Shown here one piece after another: positions 7,112-15,065 of a stretch of DNA of 35,704 nt; position 1 is the stretch's first letter, and each line of letters opens with the position of its first letter. The translations under genes were made by a program, and so were the position numbers. The notes below the pieces were generated by a model. The model made no database searches and was not told where the DNA came from. It saw nothing but the letters and a program-made list of their open reading frames with translations. The stretch is from a virus. The DNA is taken from the IMG/VR virus record IMGVR_UViG_3300045988_093645, one strand, 5' to 3'.

Positions 7112-7153
7112 AGAGTGTAACAAGAGAATGAAACTCTTGTGGCACTCTTTTTT
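7112..7153 (+). terminator. Second terminator or attenuator hairpin upstream of the HTH gene
   Basis: AGAGTGTAACAAGAG / CTCTTGTGGCACTCT (15-bp stem with a 2-nt internal mismatch) followed by TTTTT. Confidence 0.6.
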
Positions 7154-7187
7154 ATTGCGAAGAAAACAGAAAGAAAGGTGGTTGGAC

Positions 7188-7370
7188 ATGAGAAAAGGAG
7201 CGAAGCGGCTTAATTATGCAGATAGGCAGCGGATTGAGAGTATGAAGAAATCCGGGGCAAAGGTTACAGAGATTGCCCAGGCGGTGGGAGTACACCGGGC
7301 CACTATCTACAATGAATTGAAGCGTGGCGGAGAGCCTTACCGTGCAGAAATAGCACAGAGAGCGTTATAA
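7188..7370 (+). CDS. Small HTH protein resembling the N-terminal HTH of IS30-family transposases
   Basis: LNYADRQRIESMKKSGAKVTEIAQAVGVHRATIYNELKRG parallels LSQNDRIKMETMLNSGHKVTEIAEYLHVHRSTIYREKKRG of the 5945-6994 protein. SD AAAGGTGG. The upstream part of the track ORF overlaps the terminator. Confidence 0.6.
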   Translation: MRKGAKRLNYADRQRIESMKKSGAKVTEIAQAVGVHRATIYNELKRGGEPYRAEIAQRAL

Positions 7371-7410
7371 ACGCCGCCCGGCAGCAGGGCAGGAAAGCGA
7401 GGAACTTAAC

Positions 7411-7677
7411 ATGAAGCAGAGAACACTTTACCAGGTGCGAGTTACCCAGGAAATACCGTTTTGTGATTATGACGAGGACGGGGAAGAAACCCAGGTAAGC
7501 AGCGGACGCATAGAAGAGTATGTGGCCGGGAGATTTTCAGCAGAGCATAACGCAAAACTATTTGCGGAAGCATTGGAAAATAAGATTGCAGAGGAAAGCG
7601 GCTATGTGACAAATTGCTTTACACCGAAAGTCTCAATTATAAAAATAACCCAAACGGAAGAGTTGGTGGACGAATAG
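7411..7677 (+). CDS. Hypothetical early protein (88 aa)
   Basis: Preceded by the conserved GAAAGCGAGGAACTTAACATG cassette. Confidence 0.55.
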   Translation: MKQRTLYQVRVTQEIPFCDYDEDGEETQVSSGRIEEYVAGRFSAEHNAKLFAEALENKIAEESGYVTNCFTPKVSIIKITQTEELVDE

Positions 7678-7698
7678 AAAGGGGGCGAGGACTTTAAT

Positions 7699-7899
7699 AT
7701 GAGCAAGTGCATTGTGAAAATTTTAAGGGACGAAACGCCGGGCGGATTGGCGGAGAAAATCAACAAGGAATTAGAAGAAAACACACGGTCATGGGACACG
7801 GTAACGGGTATCAAATACCAGGTGGCAGTAATTCCGATTATGAGAGGGAAAGAAATAGCCGGGTTTAAAACGGAATATTCCGCACTTATACCAGGGTAA
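7699..7899 (+). CDS. Hypothetical early protein (66 aa; loosely Cse60-like pattern)
   Basis: Preceded by the degenerate cassette GGGGGCGAGGACTTTAATATG. Confidence 0.5.
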   Translation: MSKCIVKILRDETPGGLAEKINKELEENTRSWDTVTGIKYQVAVIPIMRGKEIAGFKTEYSALIPG

Positions 7900-7925
7900 T
7901 GTATTTAGAAAGCGAGGAACTTAAC

Positions 7926-8348
7926 ATGGAAAAGATACCGGAATGGATTTATGCACCAACAAACTTTTCCACGGAACTGGAAAAGACATTTGAAGCAGTA
8001 GAAAAAGCCCTGGGCTTTAAACTGTTTATTTGGCAGAAAACATTTATTGCCAACACAACATGTAGACGGAGTGGAAGAACCACGGCAGAAATATTACGGG
8101 CTTTATTGAACGTATCAAAATCGCCCTTAGATTACACCAAACCAGTAGCGGACCACATGGAGCGGTTTTATAGAGAAGAGACACGGGAAATAAAGACAAA
8201 ACTGGACGCCGCCGGAATACCGACAAGGACCGTTTTCTTTTCCTGGCAGGAGAAACAGAAATATTACAGTGAAGCGGAAGCCGGGCAGCAGGAGAAAAAT
8301 ACAATACCGGAATTTATGCCGGAATATGGAAAGAGGATATGGCTATGA
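7926..8348 (+). CDS. Hypothetical early protein (140 aa)
   Basis: The conserved cassette at 7908-7928 places the start at 7926 (MEKIPEW) rather than 7899. Confidence 0.55.
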   Translation: MEKIPEWIYAPTNFSTELEKTFEAVEKALGFKLFIWQKTFIANTTCRRSGRTTAEILRALLNVSKSPLDYTKPVADHMERFYREETREIKTKLDAAGIPTRTVFFSWQEKQKYYSEAEAGQQEKNTIPEFMPEYGKRIWL

Positions 8349-9514
8349 AAACCACGGCAGAAATGACACTGGGAAGTCTTTTTGACGGAATAGCCGGGTT
8401 CCCATTGGCGGCCAGGCGGCAGGGTATCAAAACGGTATGGGTAAGCGAGATAGAGCCGGATTGTATAGACATAGCAAAGCGGCACTTCCCGGAAGCCCTA
8501 CAACTGGGAGACATTACGCAGATAGACGGGGCAAAAATCCCCGTTGTGGATATTATCAGTTTTGGAAGCCCTTGCCAGGATTTGAGCGTTGCCGGAAAAC
8601 AGACGGGGCTTGACGGTTCCCGTTCCGGCTTATTCATGGAAGCCGTGAGAATAACCAGGGAAATGAGGGAAAAGACAAATGGACAATATCCAAAATATAT
8701 CATTTGGGAAAATGTGGCCGGGGCTTTTTCAAGCAATAAAGGCGAGGACTTCCGCCGGGTCCTGGAAGAAATCACACAGAGCAACATTTCAATGCCTAAA
8801 AGTGGGAAATGGGCAACCGCCGGAATGGTTGGAAATGAGGGACCAGGGGGGGACGTTCAGTGTACCGCATGGCGATTACTTGACGCTCAATTTTGGGGAG
8901 TGCCCCAACGTAGAAAACGTATCTACCTTGTCAATGATTTTGGAAACGGACGTGCCGGACAAATACTTTTTGAGTGCGAAAGCGTGTTGGGGTATCATTC
9001 GCAGGGCAGAGACGAGGAACAAGGAAATTCCGGTAATTCTGAAAATAGCCTTACTGGAACGGATTGCAGAGGAATGGCAGAGGACGCAGACGGACAAATG
9101 AAATTAGATTTTGGCCGCACCGCAGACAGAATTTATATAAACGCCAAAACAAGCCCAACGCTTATGTCTCAACACCGCCCGGCGGTAGTGTATGGATATA
9201 CACAAAGCGGTTATGGAGAGTTTAAAGAGGGCGTGGGCACATTGAAAAAGAGCCGAGGGGCAGCAGGGGGCGGAAGCGAAACCATTGCCGTGATAATGGA
9301 ACGGATTGCCGCAGCGGTTAAATACCGGGTCCGCCGCCTTACGCCGCTTGAATGTGAACGCCTGGACGGGTTCCCGGACGAATGGACAAGGTACGGGGCA
9401 AGCGGCAAAGAAATGTCCGACAATGCCCGTTACATGGCACTGGGAAATAGTATAGCGGTTCCATGTGCGGAGCGTGTTTTTATCGGCATAAAGAAAGCAG
9501 AAAGCGAGGAATGA
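8339..9514 (+). CDS. dcm: DNA (cytosine-5)-methyltransferase, orphan
   Basis: Motif I LFDGIAG, motif IV GSPCQDLS, motif VI ENV, motif VIII QRRKRIYLV, motif X GNSIAVP. No adjacent restriction endonuclease. Confidence 0.9.
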   Translation: MAMKTTAEMTLGSLFDGIAGFPLAARRQGIKTVWVSEIEPDCIDIAKRHFPEALQLGDITQIDGAKIPVVDIISFGSPCQDLSVAGKQTGLDGSRSGLFMEAVRITREMREKTNGQYPKYIIWENVAGAFSSNKGEDFRRVLEEITQSNISMPKSGKWATAGMVGNEGPGGDVQCTAWRLLDAQFWGVPQRRKRIYLVNDFGNGRAGQILFECESVLGYHSQGRDEEQGNSGNSENSLTGTDCRGMAEDADGQMKLDFGRTADRIYINAKTSPTLMSQHRPAVVYGYTQSGYGEFKEGVGTLKKSRGAAGGGSETIAVIMERIAAAVKYRVRRLTPLECERLDGFPDEWTRYGASGKEMSDNARYMALGNSIAVPCAERVFIGIKKAESEE

Positions 9515-9517
9515 AGA

Positions 9518-9664
9518 ATGAGAGAAAAAGGGCTTTATTTTGCGGCAAGGGAAGCGGAAGAAATAGGATTTTCTATTGCACTGGTGTACATACCGCAAGA
9601 AAAGGATTTGCAGTTTTCTATTATGTTTGGCAGTTACATGGTTGCTATTGGGTGGACATTTTAA
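9518..9664 (+). CDS. Small hypothetical protein (48 aa, MREKGLYFAAREAEEIGF...)
   Basis: Its ATG sits at the canonical distance from a GAAAGCGAGGAA cassette (9500-9520). Not in the ORF track. Confidence 0.35.
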   Translation: MREKGLYFAAREAEEIGFSIALVYIPQEKDLQFSIMFGSYMVAIGWTF

Positions 9665-9682
9665 AAGAAAGGAAAACAGAGC

Positions 9683-9907
9683 ATGACAAATTTAGAAGTA
9701 TTAGCATTGATTGTAATTTTATTGGTAGTCATAGGCGGCGGAGTGATTTTATACCTGGCACTGGCTGGGTTAGCCATTATCTATTCAATGGGTGCAAATG
9801 AAAGCCCAAAAGGCCGCCGTATCTTCTTTGGCGTCCTGGGTGTGGTTATGATAATTGCCTTTGTGTGTGCTTCCGTTTATTTGCACAAGTACGGGTGGCC
9901 GTTATGA
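9683..9907 (+). CDS. Small membrane protein (two TM segments)
   Basis: Hydrophobic stretches LALIVILLVVIGGGVILYLALAGLAII and VLGVVMIIAFVCASVYL. SD AAAGGAAAA. Confidence 0.5.
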   Translation: MTNLEVLALIVILLVVIGGGVILYLALAGLAIIYSMGANESPKGRRIFFGVLGVVMIIAFVCASVYLHKYGWPL

Positions 9908-10185
9908 AGTTACGGGAATTTTTGACCGTATTTGAACAATCGGACAGATTACGGATTGTAAAGAATGAAAAGGACGTTTATACGGGGTTCCTGGCACTCA
10001 TGGCACACACTGGGGGCGTGGAAGAACTTATGGACGCAGAGGTTAAGCGGTTCAGACCAACGCCGGAAATAAGACATAAGGAATGGCGAAAACGTGGGCT
10101 TATGGCACCGTTGCAACCGCAGGAAACGCCGGAATATTCCTTTTCAGATTTGCAGATGAACCTATACAACACCATTTATTTATAG
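9904..10185 (+). CDS. Hypothetical protein (93 aa)
   Basis: ATGA start/stop overlap with the upstream gene (translational coupling). Confidence 0.45.
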   Translation: MKLREFLTVFEQSDRLRIVKNEKDVYTGFLALMAHTGGVEELMDAEVKRFRPTPEIRHKEWRKRGLMAPLQPQETPEYSFSDLQMNLYNTIYL

Positions 10186-10196
10186 GAGAACGAGAC

Positions 10197-10346
10197 ATGG
10201 CGGACATGACAATAACGGTAAAAATTGAAGATTTGCCGGAATTTAAGGCCAGGCTTGCCAGGATAAAGAAAATTATGCGGCGGCGTGCCTGGGTAAACGG
10301 TCATAGGACCGGGAAAGCGAGGAAAAGCACATGGAAAAGAGCGTAA
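10197..10346 (+). CDS. Small basic hypothetical protein (49 aa)
   Basis: ATG preceded by AGGAGA. Overlaps the next start. Confidence 0.35.
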   Translation: MADMTITVKIEDLPEFKARLARIKKIMRRRAWVNGHRTGKARKSTWKRA

Positions 10347-10639
10347 CACCATTAAACGGAATTGTGGAGCCGGATTTTTTGGAATACCTGGACAAGACAT
10401 TTAAGAGGTGGCAGCAGTTGGCCGCCCAGGGCGTGACACTGGGCAGCCGTGAGATTGCAAAATTGACAGATACCGTATATGGGGCGAAACTTAACGCCCG
10501 TTATGGATTTGAAGCAGTTGCACGCCGGGAACCGGACGAAGAGGGCCAGGACCGTTTTACCCTTATGATTTACAAGAACCGTGAAGCGGTGGAAAATGAC
10601 CCACCACTTTATCATTTCACAACACCAATTCACAGATAA
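10331..10639 (+). CDS. Hypothetical protein (102 aa)
   Basis: Cassette variant GAAAGCGAGGAAAAGCACATG at 10313-10333. Confidence 0.5.
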   Translation: MEKSVTPLNGIVEPDFLEYLDKTFKRWQQLAAQGVTLGSREIAKLTDTVYGAKLNARYGFEAVARREPDEEGQDRFTLMIYKNREAVENDPPLYHFTTPIHR

Positions 10640-10657
10640 GAAAGCGAGGAATTTAAC

Positions 10658-11359
10658 ATGGGATTTATGGACGGATTTACAAGTGACGGAACCGTGGACA
10701 TGAAGCACACGGAATATTACAACCTTATGAAAGAAGCGGCAAAAGCGGAATTGTTGAGCAATGCGGTAAAAGCGGAAGTGCCGGGCTTTTATATCCAGGC
10801 AATGATTACCGGAGAAAAGCCGGAATTTCTTAACGAACTGAAAGCAGAGGAAGAGGACACGGGCTTTCATGCAGAATATGAGCAGATTACCGGGGCGGTT
10901 GTTTCCATATTTGAAGCATGGACGGAAGAAAACGGCGTGGAGAGTGCCGCCGCTTCCTTGCACCGCCTTATTGATACCCTGGAAATAAACCGCATTGACG
11001 AATTAAGGACGATTAAGGGAAACCAGGAAGAATACAGAAAGAAGTTGGAAGCAGCATTTGAAGAAATGAAAAATACCATGGAAGCCATGGTAAAAATGCC
11101 GCCAATTAACGTATGTCTGAATTTTGGAAGTAAAAAAGGCCAGGCGGCAGCAGGAAAACCGGAAGAGGGCAAGCCCCAGAGCCGTGATTGTTGGAGTTGC
11201 CGGACGTGTGGAAATACAAAGCCCGTGAGAATGGACGTGGATAAATGCCGGGAGTGTGAGGACGGGAGTCAATACACGGAAGCGGACACGCCGGACGAGA
11301 AAAGCCACGAAATGGAGAGCGAAGAGGAAAGCGAGGAACCGGACAATGGCAATGAATGA
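10658..11359 (+). CDS. Hypothetical protein with a C-terminal CxxC..CxxC zinc-ribbon-like motif and an acidic tail
   Basis: Conserved cassette at 10640-10660. CWSCRTCGN...CRECEDG. Confidence 0.55.
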   Translation: MGFMDGFTSDGTVDMKHTEYYNLMKEAAKAELLSNAVKAEVPGFYIQAMITGEKPEFLNELKAEEEDTGFHAEYEQITGAVVSIFEAWTEENGVESAAASLHRLIDTLEINRIDELRTIKGNQEEYRKKLEAAFEEMKNTMEAMVKMPPINVCLNFGSKKGQAAAGKPEEGKPQSRDCWSCRTCGNTKPVRMDVDKCRECEDGSQYTEADTPDEKSHEMESEEESEEPDNGNE

Positions 11360-11717
11360 GTTAAGAAAAGAAGTGGAAGCCGCCGCAATGGCGGAATTAA
11401 ACCGGGCAAATGCAAAGTTTCCTTTATTCAATAGCACACATGAGGGTTACGCCGTCATTTTAGAGGAAGCAGAGGAAGCCCAGGAAGCAATGGAAAACGT
11501 AAAAACTTCCCTGGCCGTCCTTTGGGACCGGGTAAAAGGCATAGAAGTGGCGTGCTTCCTGGACGAAGATACCACACCAACGGCAATTTTCCACCAGGCC
11601 ATTGACGCCGCTTGTGAAATGGTGCAGACGGCGGCCATGCTTTTAAAGTATGAAATGAGCATGGGGGCAAAGGCAGAAGAGAAAGGAGAAAACACACATG
11701 GCGATTTATGCGGTTGA
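11346..11717 (+). CDS. Hypothetical all-alpha protein, tentatively MazG-like NTP pyrophosphohydrolase
   Basis: HEGYAVILEEAEEAQEA resembles the EExxE region of MazG-like phage proteins. Cassette variant at 11327-11348. Confidence 0.3.
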   Translation: MAMNELRKEVEAAAMAELNRANAKFPLFNSTHEGYAVILEEAEEAQEAMENVKTSLAVLWDRVKGIEVACFLDEDTTPTAIFHQAIDAACEMVQTAAMLLKYEMSMGAKAEEKGENTHGDLCG

Positions 11718-12060
11718 TTTTGACGGCACACTGGCAGTTACCAGGTTCCCGGAAATCGTGGAGCCGAAACGGAAGATAGTAGCAGCGGTTAAAATGCTCA
11801 AAGCAAACGGCCACAAGGTCATTCTTTGGACGAGCAGGGCAGGGCGTGACCTGGAAGCGGCGGTGGAATGGTGCCACGGCCAGGGCTTAGAGTTTGACGC
11901 CGTGAATGAGCCTTTGCCGGAGCAGGTGGCAAGGTGGGGGAATGACACAAGAAAGGTTTATGCGGATTTTTACATAGATGACAAGGCCATGAGCGTAAGC
12001 GAGTTGGAAGCCATTATGGACAAAGTGGTGGACATTGTGGGAGAGTATGTAAACCAGTAG
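11698..12060 (+). CDS. HAD-superfamily hydrolase-like protein
   Basis: N-terminal DxDxT motif (AVDFDGTLA) and a later acidic pair (YIDDK). Confidence 0.55.
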   Translation: MAIYAVDFDGTLAVTRFPEIVEPKRKIVAAVKMLKANGHKVILWTSRAGRDLEAAVEWCHGQGLEFDAVNEPLPEQVARWGNDTRKVYADFYIDDKAMSVSELEAIMDKVVDIVGEYVNQ

Positions 12061-12076
12061 CAGGAAAGGGGACACC

Positions 12077-12307
12077 ATGATAAAGCGGATAATTGGGGCG
12101 TTATACGGGATTTTTTTAGAAGAACCGTTGGACCGCCTACATAATTGGCAAAAGAGATTTGAAAAAGAATATCTGAACTATTGCCGGACGGGGTGCAAGA
12201 ATTGTTACAAGTGGAATGGCTATTGCAGGAGCCAGGCAAGCGGAACGCCCTATAAGAAATTCCGCCGGAAGTATCACGATATGAGTAAATATCACACGGA
12301 CGCATAA
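12077..12307 (+). CDS. Hypothetical Cys-rich small protein (76 aa)
   Basis: ORF with SD (AGGAAAGGGGA). Confidence 0.4.
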   Translation: MIKRIIGALYGIFLEEPLDRLHNWQKRFEKEYLNYCRTGCKNCYKWNGYCRSQASGTPYKKFRRKYHDMSKYHTDA

Positions 12308-12329
12308 GCAGGAAAGCGAGGAACTCAAT

Positions 12330-12680
12330 ATGGTAGCACAGGCGGAACGGTTAAAAATATCAATCACAGAAGAAAATAGAGCAATTAAAGCCTTGCAGGA
12401 AGCGGCATACATAAAGGGATATATGACCGCAGAGTTGAGGGAGCGGGAAAGGAGAAAGAGAGCGAGAGAACGCAGGAAAAGAAAAAGGTATTTCCTTACC
12501 CAAAAACTCTATGGCGTGGCAATGCTTATTCTTACGGCGGTTTCAGTAAAGTTATTAGAGGGGGATATAACGGCGGCGTTTATCCTGGTTCCAATGGGAA
12601 TAGTGCTGATTACTTCCAAGGAAATGATAATTGTAAATAAATACTTTTGGGAATGCGAGGGAAAAGAATGGTATTTGTAA
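12330..12680 (+). CDS. Hypothetical membrane protein with a basic (RERERRKRARERRKRKR) linker
   Basis: Conserved cassette at 12312-12332. Two hydrophobic segments. Confidence 0.5.
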   Translation: MVAQAERLKISITEENRAIKALQEAAYIKGYMTAELRERERRKRARERRKRKRYFLTQKLYGVAMLILTAVSVKLLEGDITAAFILVPMGIVLITSKEMIIVNKYFWECEGKEWYL

Positions 12681-12970
12681 TCAAGGGAATGAAGTATGAC
12701 ACGGAAAAAATGCGGAAAGTAGCAACCGTGAAGAAATGGTATAGAGAAGATACCTTTTTGAACCGGGCAATGTTTCCAGGCCAGGAAGTAGGGCGGACAC
12801 ATGAATGTGAATTATGGAAGTCTGAAAAAGGAAATTGGCTTTTAACACATGAAATGGATTATAGCAAGAGTATGGGCGAAGCCATAACAGAAGAGGAAGC
12901 CAAGGAACTTTTAATGAGGTATGCAACGCCAATATACGAAAAAATGTTTGGAGAGTTGCCGGAAGCGTAA
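12668..12970 (+). CDS. Hypothetical protein (100 aa)
   Basis: ATG at 12668 preceded by GAGGGAAAAG. Overlaps the upstream gene end. Confidence 0.45.
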   Translation: MVFVIKGMKYDTEKMRKVATVKKWYREDTFLNRAMFPGQEVGRTHECELWKSEKGNWLLTHEMDYSKSMGEAITEEEAKELLMRYATPIYEKMFGELPEA

Positions 12971-13104
12971 AAGGGGCAAAGCGAAACCCGGTTGCAAGGT
13001 GGGGAACCAAAACAACCGGGTTGGAACTTAACACCCATATTATAACACAAGATATAGAGGAAATAAAGCGGTTTTTTCTATATATAGGAAGAAAGGCGGC
13101 AATC

Positions 13105-13218
13105 ATGGCGATAAAGATTATTTTAGCGGCAGCAGGAGCCGCAGCATTGATTTTGACAGCCATGGGCCTTTTTGCTTATGCGGTAGTAGCAAAAGCCTGG
13201 AACGAATTATTTGACTGA
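13105..13218 (+). CDS. Small single-TM peptide (37 aa)
   Basis: MAIKIILAAAGAAALILTAMGLFAYAVV. SD GAAAGG. Confidence 0.3.
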   Translation: MAIKIILAAAGAAALILTAMGLFAYAVVAKAWNELFD

Positions 13219-13361
13219 TTTTTTAGATAGAGCGGCACCGCTTCCCCGTCCTTGTAATGGGTATTAACAAACCGGACACCCTATTGAAATTATTTATATA
13301 GGGCATAAGGGACCCAGGCAGAGGGCAGGGGGAGAGAGGTTTTACATAAAGGTGGGGAACT

Positions 13362-14261
13362 ATGAAAAAAAAACTCTATGACAATTACGATTATGAGGAA
13401 GCATACCAAAAGCAGATAGAGAACCTGGAAGAATGGGAAATGGAAAAGTTAATGAAAGACGGAAAGGTGGAGTGCCTTTATAGGACAACCACAACCAAGT
13501 CCGAGAACATCAAAAGCGGCACCATTCTGTTAGAAGCCCAGGTGTACCCGTCATTTAAGGACAAAAAGGACGTGCCAGTGACAAAGCAGAAAAGGGAAAC
13601 CAGGCCGTCACAGAAGAACCTAAACGACAAGAACGCCCGGCGTTATCTCATACGCCTGGCAAATATCAATTTTGGGAAAGGGGATATTTGGGCCACGTTT
13701 GGGTGGAATGATGATTGTTTGCCGGACAGCGAAGAGAGAGCCAGGAAAGACATACAGAATTTCATCAAGCGGATAAACCGCCGCAGGAAAAAGGCCGGGC
13801 TTGAAAATGCAAAGTATATTTATATCCTGGCAATGGACGGCTACAAAAGGCCGCACTTCCACATTCTGTTATCCGGGGACGGGGTGGACCGGGACGAGTT
13901 AGAAGAATTATGGGGAAAATGTGACAGACCGAACACACGCAGGATAAAACCGGATGACGATTTTTTAATAACTGGCCTTGCCACATACATAACGCAGAAC
14001 CCACACGGGACAAAGCGGTGGTGCCCGTCCAAGAATTTGCAGAAGCCGCCGGAACCAAGCCGCAGTTATTCAAAATTCAGAAAAGCCGGGGTTGAGAGAA
14101 TGGCAAAGGATTTTGAAGAGTTAAAGGCACAAATGGAAAAGGCTTACCCAGGTTATAAATTCCTGGACGCAGAGGTTAAATACAACGGCTACAATGCGGC
14201 GTTTTATATTTACGCCCGTATGGTAAAAGCAGGAGCGAAAGGAGCGAGACAAAGGAAATGA
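13362..14261 (+). CDS. rep: Rolling-circle replication initiator (HUH endonuclease Rep)
   Basis: Motif-1-like WATFGW, HUH motif RPHFHILLSG, Tyr motif GLATYITQNP. Confidence 0.7.
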   Translation: MKKKLYDNYDYEEAYQKQIENLEEWEMEKLMKDGKVECLYRTTTTKSENIKSGTILLEAQVYPSFKDKKDVPVTKQKRETRPSQKNLNDKNARRYLIRLANINFGKGDIWATFGWNDDCLPDSEERARKDIQNFIKRINRRRKKAGLENAKYIYILAMDGYKRPHFHILLSGDGVDRDELEELWGKCDRPNTRRIKPDDDFLITGLATYITQNPHGTKRWCPSKNLQKPPEPSRSYSKFRKAGVERMAKDFEELKAQMEKAYPGYKFLDAEVKYNGYNAAFYIYARMVKAGAKGARQRK

Positions 14262-15061
14262 AAACGGTAGCAATTATTAACTTAAAGGGCGGCGTTGCCA
14301 AGACCACAACCGCCGTGTCCCTTGCGGAATTACTGGCAGAGGGGGACAAGAGAAGAAAACGGCCTGGCAGCAGGGTATTGTTGTTTGATAACGACAAGCA
14401 GGGCAATGCTTCCCGGATTTTCGGAGCATATGAGAGGGAGCAGGAAGCCGGGGCGTGCCGGATTATTAAGACCGGACGAATTGCCGGGAACATCAGAGAC
14501 ACCGAAGTGGAGAACATGGACATTGTGACGTGCAATTATTTCATGGAGTTGGCAGAACTGGAAATAAAAGCCGACACCGTGAACACGCAACATGGGCGTT
14601 ATAAGTCTGCCCTGGGGGAGATAGACGGGAAATATGATTTTTGCATTATCGACAATCCGCCGGATTTGGGCATGAATGTGATAAATGCCATGGTGGCGGC
14701 AGATGAAATAATAATACCCGTATGCCTTGACGCCTATTCACTGGACGGCCTGGAAGAGTTGGTGGAGCAGATAAACCAGATAAGGGCACTCAATCCCAAA
14801 ACCAGGCTTGCCGGGGTCCTCATAACAGACTATGAGAAATCAGACACAAGCGAAGCGGCGGAAAGTTGGATAAGGGCAAAGAGCGGTTGCCCGGTATTCT
14901 CTCAAAAAATCAGACATTCCAAGAAAGCAAAGGACGCCACATTTTACCGTTTAACGCCGTTGCATTATAGCATACGCAGCGGAGCCGCCCAGGATTATAA
15001 AGCATTTGCGGCGGAATATGTGCAGAAATTTGGCGGACCGGCAGCAGGGGAAAGGAGTTAA
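14258..15061 (+). CDS. parA: ParA/Soj-family partition ATPase
   Basis: Deviant Walker A INLKGGVAKTTT. DFCIIDNPP (Walker B-like). Start overlaps the rep stop. Confidence 0.9.
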   Translation: MKTVAIINLKGGVAKTTTAVSLAELLAEGDKRRKRPGSRVLLFDNDKQGNASRIFGAYEREQEAGACRIIKTGRIAGNIRDTEVENMDIVTCNYFMELAELEIKADTVNTQHGRYKSALGEIDGKYDFCIIDNPPDLGMNVINAMVAADEIIIPVCLDAYSLDGLEELVEQINQIRALNPKTRLAGVLITDYEKSDTSEAAESWIRAKSGCPVFSQKIRHSKKAKDATFYRLTPLHYSIRSGAAQDYKAFAAEYVQKFGGPAAGERS

Positions 15062-15065
15062 GGGC

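Noticed and set aside
5880-7190. Terminal inverted repeats or a target duplication defining an IS around the second IS30-family gene
   Set aside because: Comparing 5880-5945 with the reverse complement of 6995-7190 gave no match of useful length. The only symmetric element seen is the near-palindrome TTGTCACAA at 7010-7018. The region is therefore not annotated as a mobile element.
7376-7392. The recurrent GGCAGCAGG motif after stop codons (around 5037, 7381, 17812 and 20401) as a separate regulatory element
   Set aside because: The motif is short and GC-rich, its spacing to the neighbouring boxes varies (6 vs 9 nt), and it forms no stable structure. It cannot be distinguished from a compositional coincidence without comparative data.
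10352-10963. Long antisense ORFs on the minus strand. Examples are 10352-10963, 26421-27065, 27777-28445, 22343-22990, 6115-6705, 8314-8787, 9104-9598, 11003-11437 and 12681-13163.
   Set aside because: Each lies entirely opposite a well-supported plus-strand gene and has no SD or promoter. Their translations are low-complexity Ser/Phe/Leu/Cys-rich, as expected from the reverse complement of GAA/AAG-rich coding sequence. Apart from the IS transposase, all credible genes are on the + strand.
13219-13361. A specific double-strand origin or nick site for the Rep protein
   Set aside because: Only weak hairpins (CCCTAT/ATAGGG) and AT-rich sequence are visible. I found no match to known pC194- or pT181-type nick motifs, so no origin is annotated.
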